DNA of 64,000 nt, taken from assembly GCA_964016885.1 (NCBI GenBank), contig OZ024740.1:388864001-388928000 (forward strand), given 5' to 3'. The translations under genes were made by a program, and so were the position numbers. Of the stretch, positions 1-13,899 are shown in pieces. Below the pieces are notes generated by a model, which saw only the letters and a program-made list of their open reading frames with translations, was not told the DNA's origin and made no database searches. Numbering within the stretch: position 1 is the stretch's first letter; every line of letters begins with the position of its first letter. Source of the DNA: Eledone cirrhosa (taxonomy: Eukaryota).

Positions 1-600
1 GCGTATGAAGTTAAAGGCATTCCTCATGTCAAGCTTGGCAATGAGTGCCTGAAGTCCCTGACGCTTGGACTCCGGATCTGCGAGCCACATAAATGTCGCT
101 GTGGATCCACCGTCGACTCTTTCGGCCTCCACACGCTTTCCTGTCACCACAGTGCCGGCCGCCTTCCACGCCATGCTGCCCTCAACGAGGTCATTAAGCA
201 TGGCTTGAACGCACCAGGCTTCCCCTCCCAGCTCAATCCGGTGTGGCTGGACGCAGGGGATGGCAAAAGGCAGAGACGGTACGACCATCTTCCCGTTCCG
301 CGGCGGCAAACCCCTCGTCTGCGATGCCATTTGCAGCGACACTTTCTCGAGCCGCAACCTGGTGCAGTTTACAACTAACCCAGGTATTGCTGCACGTCGG
401 ACTGAGGAGGCCAAACTCTCCAAGTACCGGTCGCTCTCTGACAGGTTCGCGAGCTGGAATGGCTCTTCCAGGGCATCTCCCTTACCATCCTCCGGGGAAA
501 CGCCTTTTCCATCCTGTCCGCCGGGGCTGTGGGAAGGCCAGCACGTGGGACCCCATTTGCTCACCATACGGATTAATAATTTACAGTTAGGGAACCGATC
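1..600 (+). mobile_element. Degenerate 3' fragment of an RLE-type (CRE-clade-like) non-LTR retrotransposon
   Basis: Reads LGLRICEPHKCRCGSTVDSFGLHTLSCHHSAGRLPRHAALNEVIK, then DGTTIFPFRGGKPLVCDAICSDTF. This is the Cys/His knuckle plus PD-(D/E)xK-type restriction-like endonuclease pattern. Frameshifted. Confidence 0.7.
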
Positions 601-2164
601 ATTCATTGAAGCGAAGTATTTCATCTTCCATACATCAGGTATTGCAGATACTTTATTTAATTTACAGAGATGTTGATAACGATGTCCATGACAACAACGA
701 AGATGAAGGTGATTATGGCGCGGACGATAATGATGATGATGTAAGTGATGATGCTGATGATGATAAAGATGATGATGGTGATGTTATTAAATTGAATGTT
801 GTACGAAAACCTACCACAATAAAGAAATGTTACAAACTTATTTGGTTATAGTACAAAAAGTACAATAAAAATCCGTTAAAAAAAGAAAACAAAAGACATG
901 TTACTGCTGGCAATGCCAGAACACGTAATGCTTAATTTGAATAAGTATGGAAATTGTTCAAGTTAGAATTGAAACCACTACTAAATCACACGAAAAAATA
1001 CCTAATGTAGCTTGATCTTTCTTATGTATCTTAACGTTCCAGAGAGATCGAGTCAGTTTTGATTCTTGCTTGAAGCCATTTCCTTCTGTTTTCTTTACAA
1101 ATGCTAATTATCATGTCATATTCGTCCCTTTACTATCAAATGTGTGTAGATTGTTTGACTATAATCACCTCCTAAATCACTTTGTACAGTATAGCTGAAA
1201 TCTTACGCCTACTAAAATAATGTTTTTCGATTTCGGATTAGAATTTGCCTTACCTTCGAAGTAGATAAAATAAACATGTTTTAAACTCAAATCTTTATAT
1301 TATCTGTGTTCAGTTATCTAGAAACAAATAAAATACCTCAATACTGCTATATGTTGAAAACACAGTCACTGAAGTCAAAGGTGTGCCATATAAAAAGCAG
1401 AAATTGGTGGATTGTATTCCGATTCCATTGCTGGGAAATAGCCAAAAACAAATCGCAGAAGTCTCAGAAGCCCTGGGTACCCAACCATAAATAAGTTGTT
1501 TTTGTTAAGACTGATAAGATATTAGACGCTGTAGTGAAATTTTATTGCTATTTTATTGCAGGTCGAGAGAGCAGATAAAATCACATTAGTCGTAGTGATT
1601 CCAGCTTTGATTATCTTCTCCTTTTAAAGATATCTATAATTTCATTATCTAATGTGTTCTTCTTGTCATTTTGTGTATCAAGAACTTCATTGTTCAAAGC
1701 CTCCTTTCTTTGGCTGTCTCAGATTTGAAGAAACGTTGTTAAGCGACGACGAAGAACCACTTATTTTTTTTTTTTTTTTACCTTAGTAAAAAAAGGGAAA
1801 GTACTAAATCCTAAAATCCTACACCCATCCCTGAGTGGTGAGACGGATGCGGATGATGCACACCCTAAGCATCAGTAAGCAAAACGTTGAAATGGAGGGA
1901 ACCGGGCGCCTGCTCACAGCGTTTATTACAGATTCAACTTTACGAAAGGTAGACAAGATAACGTTAGTGGTTTTAAATAGGGTGGCGTATTAGGCCTAGC
2001 ACCGGAAAGTAGCCGCAGAATTGAAATAAATACAATTTTGTGGAACGCTTTTAAAATATATTCCAATATTAATTTATTAATTCCAATACATTACACTTCC
2101 AAATACTAAAATATAATTATTTTCAAACAATATAGCTTCAGCAACCTACTTCCCCGCCCGACAT

Positions 2165-2166
<2 letters not shown>

Positions 2167-2231
<65 letters not shown>

Positions 2232-2361
2232 GACACACAGACACACTCACACAGACACACAGACACACACAGACCCACACACACACACACAGACACACAC
2301 AGACCCACTCACACTCACACTCACACACACACACACACACATACACACACACACACTCACA
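2167..2361. repeat. Compound microsatellite (CT)n-(CA/CACAGA)n
   Basis: Seen directly. Confidence 0.95.
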
Positions 2362-2799
2362 TCAGGCGAAATGTTTTTCGATGGCGTTTCCATTAGACTA
2401 TTAAATTTATTAAAATAGCTGGACATTTTCTTTTGAATTTTGGTTTCAGGGCATTTGTATTTAGTATTTTGTTTTTGTTTAAATAATTGGTTCAGGGATT
2501 TTAAAACCGATGTCTATTTTCGAATCAATTTTATCGCTAAATTGGAAAGAAAAAGAATTTAAAAAATACCAATCAATAAAGCACATTATATAATTTCGTT
2601 ATTTAATTTTTCCTCAAAATCAATGATTCTCTCTGCCAGACCTGTTGTTCCCCTTTCAATTATCATTAAAACTCTTAATTTTAGGAATTAAATTTTGAAA
2701 TAATACACGTTAGATGCTAATGGAGAAGACGATAAGCTGTTGATCAACTAAATGTTACTCTCTAGTTCCTATATCTATAAAACTAGCTTCAAATATATG

Positions 2800-5700
2800 T
2801 TTGTAACATGTATAACTATGTATGTGTGTGGGTAACATGTATAACTATGTGTCTATGAGAGTGTAACATGTATAACTATGTGTCTATGTAAGTGTAACAT
2901 GTATAACTATGTATGAGAGTGTAACATGTATAACTATGTGTTTATGTGAGTGTAACATGTATAACTATGTATGTGTGTGTAACATGTATAACTATGTGTC
3001 TATGAGAGTGTAATATGTATAACTATGTGTGTGTGTGTGTAACATGTATAACTATGTATGAGAGTGTAACATGTATAACTATGCATGTGTGTCTAACATG
3101 TATAACTATGTATGTGAGTGAAACATGTATAAATATGTGTCTAGGAGAGTGTAAAATGTATAACTATGTGTCTATGTAAGTGTAACATGTATAACTATGT
3201 ATGAGAGTGTAACATGTATAACTATGTATGTGTGTGTAACATGTATAACTATGTATGTGAGTGTAACATGTATAACTATGTGTCTATGAGAGTGTAACAT
3301 GTATAACTATGTTTCTATGTAAGTGTAACATGTATAACTATGTATGAGAGTGTAACATGTATAACTATGTGTCTATGTAAGTGTAACATGTATTAACTAT
3401 GTATGTGAGTGTAACATGTATAACTATGTGTCTATGAGAGTGTAACATGTATAACTATGTGTGTGAGTGTAACATGTATAATTATGTGTCATTGAGAGTG
3501 TAACATGTATAACTATGTATGAGAGTGTAACATGTATAACTATGTATGTGTGTGTGTAACATGTATAACTATATGTCTATGTGAGTGTAACATGTATAAC
3601 TATGTATGTGTGTGTGTAACATGTATAACTATGTGTCTATGAGAGTGTAACATGTATAACTATGTATGAGAGTGTAACATGTATAACTATGTGTGTGAGT
3701 GTAACATGTATAACTATGTATGTGAGTGTAACATGTATAACTATGTATGTGAGTGTAACATGTATAACTATGTATGTGTGTGTAACATGTATAACTATAT
3801 GTCTATGAGAGTGTAACATGTATAACTATATGTCTATGAGAGTGTAACATGTATAACTATGTGTGTGAGTGTATAACTATGTGTCTATGAGAGTGTAACA
3901 TGTATAACTATGTGTCTATGAGAGTGTAACATGTATAACTATGTGTGTGAGTGTAACATGTATAACTATGTGTCATTCAGAGTGTAACATGTATAACTAT
4001 GTATGAGAGTGTAACATGTATAACTATGTATGTGTGTGTAACATTTATAACTATATGTCTATGTGAGTGTAACATGTATAACTATGTATGTGTGTATGTA
4101 ACATGTATAACTATGTGTCTATGTGAGTGTAACATGTATAACTATGTATGTGAGTGTAACATGTATAACTATGTATGTGTGTGTAACATGTATAACTATA
4201 TGTCTATGTGAGTGTAACATGTATAACTATGTATGTGTGTGTGTAACATGTATAACTATGTGTCTATGTGAGTGTAACATGTATAACTATGTATGTGAGT
4301 GTAACATGTATAACTATGTATGTGTGTGTAACATGTATAACTATATGTCTATGTGAGTGTAACATGTATAACTATGTATGAGAGTGTAACATGTATAACT
4401 ATATGTCTATGAGAGTGTAACATGTATAACTATGTGTGTGAGTGTAACATGTATAACTATGTATCTATGAGAGTGTAACATGTATAACTATGTGTCTAAG
4501 TGAGTGTAACATGTATAACTATGTATGTGTGTGTGTAACATGTATAACTATGTGTCTATGTGAGTGTAACATGTATAACTATGTATATGAGTGTAACCTT
4601 ATAACTATGTATGTGAGTGTAACATGTATAACTATGTGTTTATGTGAGTGTAACATGTATAACTATGTATGTGAGTGTAACATGTATAATTATGTATGTG
4701 AGTGTAACATGTATAACTATGTGTGTGAGTGTAACATGTATAACTATGTGTGTGAGTGTAACATGTATAACTATGTGTGTGAGTGTAACATGTATAACTA
4801 TGTGTTTATGTGAGTGTAACATTTATAACTATGTATGTGTGTGTAACATGTATAACTATGTGTCTATGAGAGTGTAACATGTATAACTATGTGTGTGTGT
4901 GTGTAACATGTATAACTATGTATGAGAGTGTAACATGTATAACTATATGTCTATGAGAGTGTAATATGTATAACTATGTATGTGTGTGTGTAACATGTAT
5001 AAATATGTGTCTATGAGAGTGTAACATGTATAACTATGTGTTTATGTGAGTGTAACATGTATAACTATGTATGTGTGTGTAACATGTATAACTATGTGTC
5101 TATGAGAGTGTAACATGTATAACTATGTATGTGTGTGTGTAACATGTATAACTATGTGTCTATGAGAGTGTAACATGTATAACTATGTGTCTATGTAAGT
5201 GTAACATGTATAACTATGTATGAGAGTGTAACATGTATAACTATGTGTCATTCAGAGTGTAACATGTATAACTATGTATGAGAGTGTAACATGTATAACT
5301 ATGTATGTGTGTGTAACATTTATAACTATATGTCTATGTGAGTGTAACATGTATAACTATGTATGTGTGTATGTAACATGTATAACTATGTGTCTATGTG
5401 AGTGTAACATGTATAACTATGTATGTGAGTGTAACATGTATAACTATGTATGAGAGTGTAACATGTATAACTATATGTCTATGAGAGTGTAACATGTATA
5501 ACTATGTGTGTGAGTGTAACATGTATAACTATGTATCTATGAGAGTGTAACATGTATAACTATGTGTCTAAGTGAGTGTAACATGTATAACTATGTATGT
5601 GTGTGTGTAACATGTATAACTATGTGTCTATGTGAGTGTAACATGTATAACTATGTATATGAGTGTAACCTTATAACTATGTATGTAAGTGTAACATGTA

Positions 5701-7650
5701 TAACTATGTGTTTATGTGAGTGTAACATGTATAACTATGTATGTGAGTGTAACATGTATAATTATGTATGTGAGTGTAACATGTATAACTATGTGTGTGA
5801 GTGTAACATGTATAACTATGTGTGTGAGTGTAACATGTATAACTATATGTGTGAGTGTAACATGTATAACTATGTGTTTATGTGAGTGTAACATTTATAA
5901 CTATGTATGTGTGTGTAACATGTATAACTATGTGTCTATGAGAGTGTAACATGTATAACTATGTGTGTGTGTGTGTAACATGTATAACTATGTATGAGAG
6001 TGTAACATGTATAACTATATGTCTATGAGAGTGTAATATGTATAACTATGTATGTGTGTGTGTAACATGTATAAATATGTGTCTATGAGAGTGTAACATG
6101 TATAACTATGTGTTTATGTGAGTGTAACATGTATAACTATGTATGTGTGTGTAACATGTATAACTATGTGTCTATGAGAGTGTAACATGTATAACTATGT
6201 ATGTGTGTGTGTAACATGTATAACTATGTGTCTATGAGAGTGTAACATGTATAACTATGTGTCTATGTAAGTGTAACATGTATAACTATGTATGAGAGTG
6301 TAACATGTATAACTATGTGTTTATGTGAGTGTAACATGTATAACTATGTATGTGTGTGTAACATGTATAACTATGTGTCTATGAGAGTGTACTATGTATA
6401 ACTATGTGTGTGTGTGTGTAACATGTATATCTATGTATGAGAGTGTAACATGTATAACTATGCATGTGTGTCTAACATGTATAACTATGTATGTGAGTGT
6501 AACATGTATAAATATGTATCTAGGAGAGTGTAATATGTATAACTATGTGTCTATGTAAGTGTAACATGTATAACTATGTATGAGAGTGTAACATGTATAA
6601 CTATGTATGTGTGTGTAACATGTATAACTATGTATGTGAGTGTAACATGTATAACTATGTGTCTATGAGAGTGTAACATGTATAACTATGTGTCTATGTA
6701 AGTGTAACATATATAACTATGTATGAGAGTGTAACATGTATAACTATGTGTCTATGTAAGTGTAACATGTATTAACTATGTATGTGAGTGTAACATGTAT
6801 AACTATGTATGTGAGTGTAACATGTATAACTATGTGTCTATGTAAGTGTAACATGTATAACTATGTGTCTATGTAAGTGTAACATGTATAACTATGTATG
6901 TGAGTGTAACATGTATAACTATGTATCTGAGTGTAACATGTATAACTATGTATGTGTGTGTAACATGTATAACTATATGTGTGTGTAACATGTATAGCTA
7001 TGTATGTGTGTGTAACATGTATAACTATGTGTCTATGAGAGTGTAACAAGTATAACTATGTATGAGAGTGTAACATGTATAACTATGTGTCTATGAGAGT
7101 GTAACATGTATAACTATGTATGAGAGTGTAACATGTATAACTATGTATGAGAGTGTAACATGTATAACTATATATGGGTGTGTAACATGTATAACTATGT
7201 GTCTATGAGAGTGTAACATGTATAACTATGTATGAGAGTGTAACATGTATAACTATGTATGAGAGTGTAACATGTATAACTATATATGAGAGTGTAACAT
7301 GTATAACTATGTATGTGAGTGTAACATGTATAACTATGTGTCTATGAGAGTGTAACATGTATAACTATATGTCTATGTAAGTGTAACATGTATAACTATA
7401 TGTCTATGTAAGTGTAACATGTATAACTATGTGTCTATGTAAGTGTAACATGTATAACTATGTATGTGAGTGTAACATGTATAATTATGTGTCTATGTAA
7501 GTGTAACATGTATAACTATGTATGAGAGTGTAACATGTATAATTATGTGTCTATGAGAGTGTAACATGTATAACTATATGTCTATGAGAGTGTAACATGT
7601 ATAACTATGTGTCTATGAGAGTGTAACATGTATAACTGTGTCTATGTATG
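2800..7650. repeat. ~4.8 kb minisatellite, 27-31 bp units with constant core GTGTAACATGTATAACTAT
   Basis: The core repeats throughout with short variable linkers (GTATGAGA, GTATGTGA, GTGTCTATGAGA, GTATGTGTGT). An internal ~1072-bp block duplication gives near-identical ORF translations at 4490 and 5562. Confidence 0.97.
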
Positions 7651-8134
7651 TATGTGCATGAGAGAGGCGGTGTATTGTTCTCACAAAGACTATTATTGCA
7701 ACCATTCCTCCTAAATGCATATCAATGATACAAAATCATTGCAACAATATCCATATTCAATAACTGAATGAATACGATTTTGACTTCTCTTAGAACCATG
7801 CTTGTTCTCCTAGTTTGACTATCATAATAGGTGGTTAACGATATGTAGACTACTTTTGCTGTCATACTAAATAAATATGAATATGACTCCGTATACATGT
7901 TTATTCATAATTCATGCTGCACAAGTAATGTCTCTTTTTTTATGCGTTGTTTTGGCGTCTTTGCTTTTATTTTGCATTTTGGTGTATTCTTCCTACCAGT
8001 AATTTCATTGAAAGTTGTCCAAGCAATTTATGTTGATTAATTTTGCACTGCGTTTGATATTATGTTGATTTTGTTATTTATATATGTAGTAAGCTCTTCG
8101 TTATATAGGTAGTCTCATGATCATGTTTGGTTGC

Positions 8135-8465
8135 TTATAGATTGGCTGTATCGGTAGAGTGTCAAACGCCATGCTTTGCAGCATTGTGTTACGGCCCTTT
8201 ATGTTCTGAGTTCAAATCCCGCTGGGGTTAACTTTGCCTTTCATCCTTACGGGGTCGATAAAATAAAGTACCAGCAATGCACTGGAATAATTGCTGGCCT
8301 TGTGCCAAAAGTAGAAACAATTATTTGCTGGACAGTAATCGGCAATATCGATAGAGGCTCGGATGCCATGCTTTGCAGCATATAGTTACGGCCCTTTACG
8401 TTCTGAGTTAAAATCCCACTGAGGTTAGCTTTGCTTGTGCCAAACGTAGAAACAATTATTTACTA
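8135..8465 (+). mobile_element. tRNA-derived SINE plus partial tandem copy
   Basis: B-box-like GAGTTCAAATCC followed by core CTTTGCCTTTCATCCTTACGGGGTCGATAAAATAAAGTACCAG. An internally deleted second copy lies at ~8340-8465 and a reverse-complement copy at 18960-19147. Confidence 0.75.
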
Positions 8466-8578
8466 GACTTCCGTTTTCTAATAATGCTTTTGTGCTTCTT
8501 AAACTGGTTTTTTTTTTTTTCGTTTTTTTGGGGTTTCAATCTTATCACTTCCCCATGATACACGTTGCTTTTTCTTCT

Positions 8579-9080
8579 CTAATTTTGGTGTGGATTGTTC
8601 GGCAGCTTCTTTGTGGGAAACCATAATGTTTTTTTTATATATTTCACCAACATTCCTTTCTTCTGAGTTTGCCTGCAGTACATTAAAACGGTTTCTGACT
8701 TCAGTTGTGTATTTGGTATTTTGATAGTAACATCAGTTAGCAGTTTATTCCAGTTTTGAATCTGTGTGTCCAATTTTCGAGTAGAATCATCCGCTATTAT
8801 GATCATGTTGTACTTTGGAATGTTTTTCACAAGTTCGATCAGATCTTGGTAAAAGTTTATTGCGTTTTCATCATCAGTGGAGTTTGTGGGGCTGTAACAA
8901 CAAATAAGAGTTACCATTGAACGTGGGTCTTATAGTTATCGGATTTCTTTTACTCTATGTTACAGAGTGCTTGATAGAGTTTAGTACTAAGTAATAGCCT
9001 AACAACTCTTATTTTTGTGTTGTTGCTTACCTTTTTAGCAAATGACGTGATATTATCCAACCTTTTCCCATTTTAATATG
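8579..9080 (-). pseudogene. Degenerate APE endonuclease fragment of an RTE-type LINE
   Basis: TLICCYSPTNSTDDENAINFYQDL...MIIIADDS matches the APE YAPT and GDFN regions. Confidence 0.7.
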
Positions 9081-9649
9081 GCAAGTGTTGGTGTTAACGT
9101 GATATACATGGTGCGTGAGTTTGTTTTAGGATATGCATACATTTAGAAAAAGACGCGTAGAACTACACAGAAATGATATAAATGAATGAAATTATTGTGT
9201 ACAGTGCTCAGGTGCACTACAACTCATCAAAGGTGCATGCATAGTACATAGAATAATGTACAAATGAACATATATGGACATGTATTTAGATATAAATTGA
9301 TACAAACATTATGTCCAACACCTTTACAATATCAATTCAATGAATTCTCCGTTAGCTTCAATGATTGCTTCAATACAAGGTCTGAAGCCATGACATGCCC
9401 GAATCAGATAACCACAATCAATAATGGATATTGTGCTGGTAATGGCGGACTTGAGAGACTCTATAGTATTTCAACTACGCCCTATACATAATAGTCAAGA
9501 TGGTTGAGGTCTTGTGAGCTTTGTCTGGAGGAAAGGGGTCTTGCTTATGTCTTTCTGGCCTTATTAGACAGAATATATTGCATACAACCAGAAAGATGGG
9601 GGGGGGTGTCATAAAATGGAAATTACCTAAAAGAGTTGATGATTTTAGG

Positions 9650-10200
9650 GATCTTGGTTCGTGAATAAACGCCTGATAAAAAGACATTGGGACAAAAATT
9701 AACTTAGCCTGGACAGTTGCAAACAAAATGGATGTCATTTGGAAATAAAACTTGAACACCAATCTAATGGTTTCGATCAACAGTTGAAAGTGTGCTTTTG
9801 TACGGAGCAGCGTATTGAAAACTCACAAAAGAGATGGAAGGGTGGATAGATGGCACATATACAAGACTTCTGGGGAAAGTGCAAAATATATCTTGGAGGG
9901 AGTACAGAACAAACGAATCTCTATACGAGACCGATTACCGACGTCATAAAGGCTAGAAGACTCTCTCATAGGTCATGAATGTGGAAGAGATCAGGCAGAA
10001 GCATTACACAAGTTACTGCTATGGGAACCCTCATATGGTAGAAGAAAAAGAGGTTGGCTTCATTCTATACTATGTTTCTGGAGCGGATTTGTAAAAACAC
10101 GAAAGAATGAACTGTGGAAGCTATGCTGAATAGGAACAAGTGGAGGAGTATAATTATGTTGGCCGAAGAAACTCGACATGGTGAAGGTGGAGATTAAGTA
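9650..10200 (+). pseudogene. Degenerate 3' RT/tail fragment of an RTE-type LINE
   Basis: Remnants STVESVLLYGA, IDGTYTRLLGKVQNISW and LLWEPSYGRRKRG. Confidence 0.65.
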
Positions 10201-10769
10201 ATGTCCAACCGTCAAACTTATACAATTATGTAAGGGTGATGTGCTATTCGTAATCTTTTTTACATTATAATGATTCTGCCATCTTTACTAACCTGTCAGT
10301 ATTGTGGCGAGCAGGCGCATTATTAGAAGCCAAAATTAATTTAAATTTTGGGGTGAACATCTGTCTGGAAATTCCTCCTATCAGGATAAAATGTTCTAAA
10401 AACAAATCAAAGTTACCTGAAGCGAACTATACATTATTTGAGCTGGCATATATTACAGGTAGCTGATTCTTAATATATTTAAGGCAAAATAAATTATTTG
10501 ATTTCCCTACTAGTATGGAATTCAAACCTTACAAACCATCAACAACGCATATAAAAACGTAGAAATTCACTCCTTATTTAACTTGCATTACAGAGCGGCG
10601 TCCATGTAAGCCAAGGAACTTTTAGCAACAGCACCAAACAAGCCAGTTCCATTGATATAGAGAGATCCTGGATGTACACGTTCATTTATATTTTTCACCA
10701 CAAGTTTTCTCATTCACAATGCTGAGATTTTTCCGAAACCCTCCCCTCCTCATCAGACTTTTTTAATCT

Positions 10770-10803
10770 CTCGCTCTCTCTTTCTCTCTCACACACACTC
10801 ACT

Positions 10804-10865
<62 letters not shown>

Positions 10866-10994
10866 CTTTTTCTTTCTCTCGCTTCTCTTTCTCTTTCTCT
10901 TTCTCTCACTCTTTCTTTTTCTCTCTCTCGCTGTCTCTCAAACACACTCTCACTCTTTCTCTCTTTCTCCCTTCTCTTTCTCTTTCTCTCTCTT

Positions 10995-11027
<33 letters not shown>

Positions 11028-11028
11028 G
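10770..11028. repeat. (CT)n-rich low-complexity tract
   Basis: Seen directly. Confidence 0.9.
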
Positions 11029-12549
11029 GTATTATCGAGCTTCACACGTGTGCTCTCTCCGTGTTGATTTCTTGAGGCACTGACAACTAAACAATCAAAA
11101 CTTTATTTTATCAAGTAAGACAATGCTGTTGAGTGAGGTATAGAGTGGGGATACGGGCGCTTTCTTCAAATCTAACAATATTTTCCACTCATTGGTGACA
11201 TGTAGAAGTCAGCTTTGGCTTTTTATTTTGCATTCCTGTGTTGTACTTTCTCACCTTCACTATCGAAAAGAACAGGCTTCAACTTTGTTTTGGTATCCGT
11301 TGCAATGACGTAGCTACATTGTTGTTTAAGTGATAATACACTGGACGTAGTTATGTATATACATATCTCATCTTTACAACATTTCTCAAGTATTAACGAC
11401 ACTATCAACAATAATAGAAAAAAAACAATAGTAGAAGGATTAATATCTCAGGCAAGAAAGAAGAGTAACAATAGTTAGTGACCGCAAATTGATCTTCAGT
11501 ATCTCAAAACTTTTTTTTTTTGTTCTTTTTTCAACAATAAACTCGATAACACCGCTTGATAGCTTAGAACTAGGAAATAGTCAAAAGTTACCATGTGTTT
11601 AAAGAACACTTTCAAAGTGAATTTGGTCTGTAATTACCTAAAATTAAGTAGTAAAATTTTATTTTCAAAAACTTTATAACAGAAAAGAAAATCTCTTCCA
11701 TCCGTCGAGCTAAATCAAACGAAACGTTAATATAACAATTTTTGTGAGTTTTGAATAATTAAAATGACTCTTTCACGTTATATTTGTTTTAGTTTCAAAC
11801 TAAATTATCTTAAAAGGAAAGAGATACATTAGATGATTTTAGTTTTCTTTGTTATTTTAGGAGGAAGGAGCAGTGCCCATCGCCTTCGAAATCTTTCTTG
11901 GCGCAGTTAGATTGATGCTTTTGATGCTCCACTAAAGCTGTTACGAATCGATGCCTGTAAGAACGATGTGATCAAGGAAGTTCTCGTTCTGCACAGGAAG
12001 GACTAGGCATAGTTGCTAGAACGGGGCCTGGGATGTAGACAGGATATGGGTGATGAGAAAAGGAAAGGCGCGCGTACGAGGGGAGTATAAAATGGAGGTA
12101 GCACGAAACTATCTAGCTCCGAAGAATAAAGGCAATTGTAGTAGCGGTAGAACATGTAGAAAGATGAGGTGTGCGTCTGTGAACCCTGCGGCTAAAGTGT
12201 GTATGTGAGTAACTCTATGCCAATTTGTTGCGTATTCTTTCTCTGGATTTGGTCTACGATATCTAGGTCTATAGCCAAGATGTACGGGCAGTACACTAGT
12301 GTAGGCCTGTCGTGTCGGTTGTACGCAATGACTTAAGACAGAGATTTTGAGCGGAACCAAAGTTATGATGTGTGAATGAATGGTCAGAAAATTCCGAAAT
12401 AGAATGCTGTATGGAGAAATTGTATATAAAAAACGCCCTTACTCAACCTATCGGGGCGATTTAAAGACCGTTTATATATATATATATATATAATATATAT
12501 ATAAGTGCTCTCCCGGGTGAACCTGCAGTAACTCCAAGTTACACCCCCT

Positions 12550-12590
<41 letters not shown>

Positions 12591-13899
12591 AAGGTGCTTT
12601 TGAGGATGGTCTTGATAAAATGTGGAGTAATTAAATCTCCTGGCCAAACCACAGAGTAATTTGTTTATAGTGATAATGAGTGGTGTGGGATCATTCACTC
12701 TTTTTGGTTCTGTTGATAATAACAGTTGGTGAAAATATGTCACAAAACATATATTGTTTTTCAGTTTTACACACACAAACATAATATATGCATATTAAAA
12801 GAAAAAAGTTAAAAGATGAAAATGATAATTAAGAATAAATAAAAGGCACATATTAAAATATATTAAGTTGTATAAAAAATATATTCAGTTTATGAAATCA
12901 TACTTAACATGCTTAAAACATTTAATCTTGCTGCGAAATGTTTTTCCCGTTGTTATCCTTAATATTCTAAGAAATTAAATATTCTATAACGTAGTTATAG
13001 ATTTGTTTAACGACTATAGATAAATACAAATTGTGCTTCAACCAACTGCTGTCGCTGCCATCACACTCAGCTTTAACATGATGAGCTGCTATTTTCTTTC
13101 AATATTGTATAAACCAGGAGGTTCTCTATCTCTTTCACCTTGTCTTTCTGCATCTCTCTTTCCTATCTCTGTCTCTCTCGTTATCACGCCGTGTTTCTAT
13201 CTTTATATGTTTCTCTCTCGCTGTGTTTCTTTCTCACTGTCTCTAACTCTATAGTCATTGTCAAACAATCTAAAAAGATAAATTCATGGAAATAATATAT
13301 CTTGCTACTGATTCAAGGATATAGTCATCACGTGTTTTACAAACGCAGTATAGTTGGTGGTAACCTTTGAGAATCCGAATCTACGAGTTAGATTAGATTC
13401 TTATTTGCAATTTCCCCTTCAATTACTCAGCGTAATAAAAATTGCTCCCCATAATCAATAATTTATAGAAAGAATGGTAACGCCTGCACATCCTTCTCTT
13501 GATACAGTAAACAAAGGCGTCTTGTGTAATATGGTTAAATCTGACATCCTTAATATGGCGACTATAATGACATTGGTTAACTGTGTTTAGACGCGTATCA
13601 AGGAGAGATAAATTTGGATAAGAAATGTTTAACTGTACGAAATAACTTAAATATAAAGATACATTTTAACGATAAGTTGCACTGATACCACTTACCCTCC
13701 TCACCATAACCTGCTCTGGTGAGGAGGGTAAGTGAAACCACAGCAGCTCCTCCTTCCACTCCCATTCACCCTGAAAAAAAGCAACAAAAAAATAACAAGA
13801 GAGTGGATGAACTCCTCAGAGTGAACGACCATCCACCTCAACTATAGTTAAATAGCCTCACCAACCCGTATGGCTACACCCCTGAAGATATTATCAAAA

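Noticed and set aside
606-851. Acidic Asp-rich ORF
   Set aside because: Degenerate (GAT)n microsatellite.
1562-1630. Possible plus-strand exons after strong acceptors at ~1561 and ~11860
   Set aside because: All frames close quickly, with no clear donor or recognisable protein.
2800-7650. CRISPR-like look of constant core plus variable linker; repetitive ORFs (VCECNMYNY)n
   Set aside because: Linkers are 8-12 bp, reused many times and microsatellite-like. There are no cas genes and the context is eukaryotic. The ORFs arise from the 27-bp periodicity.
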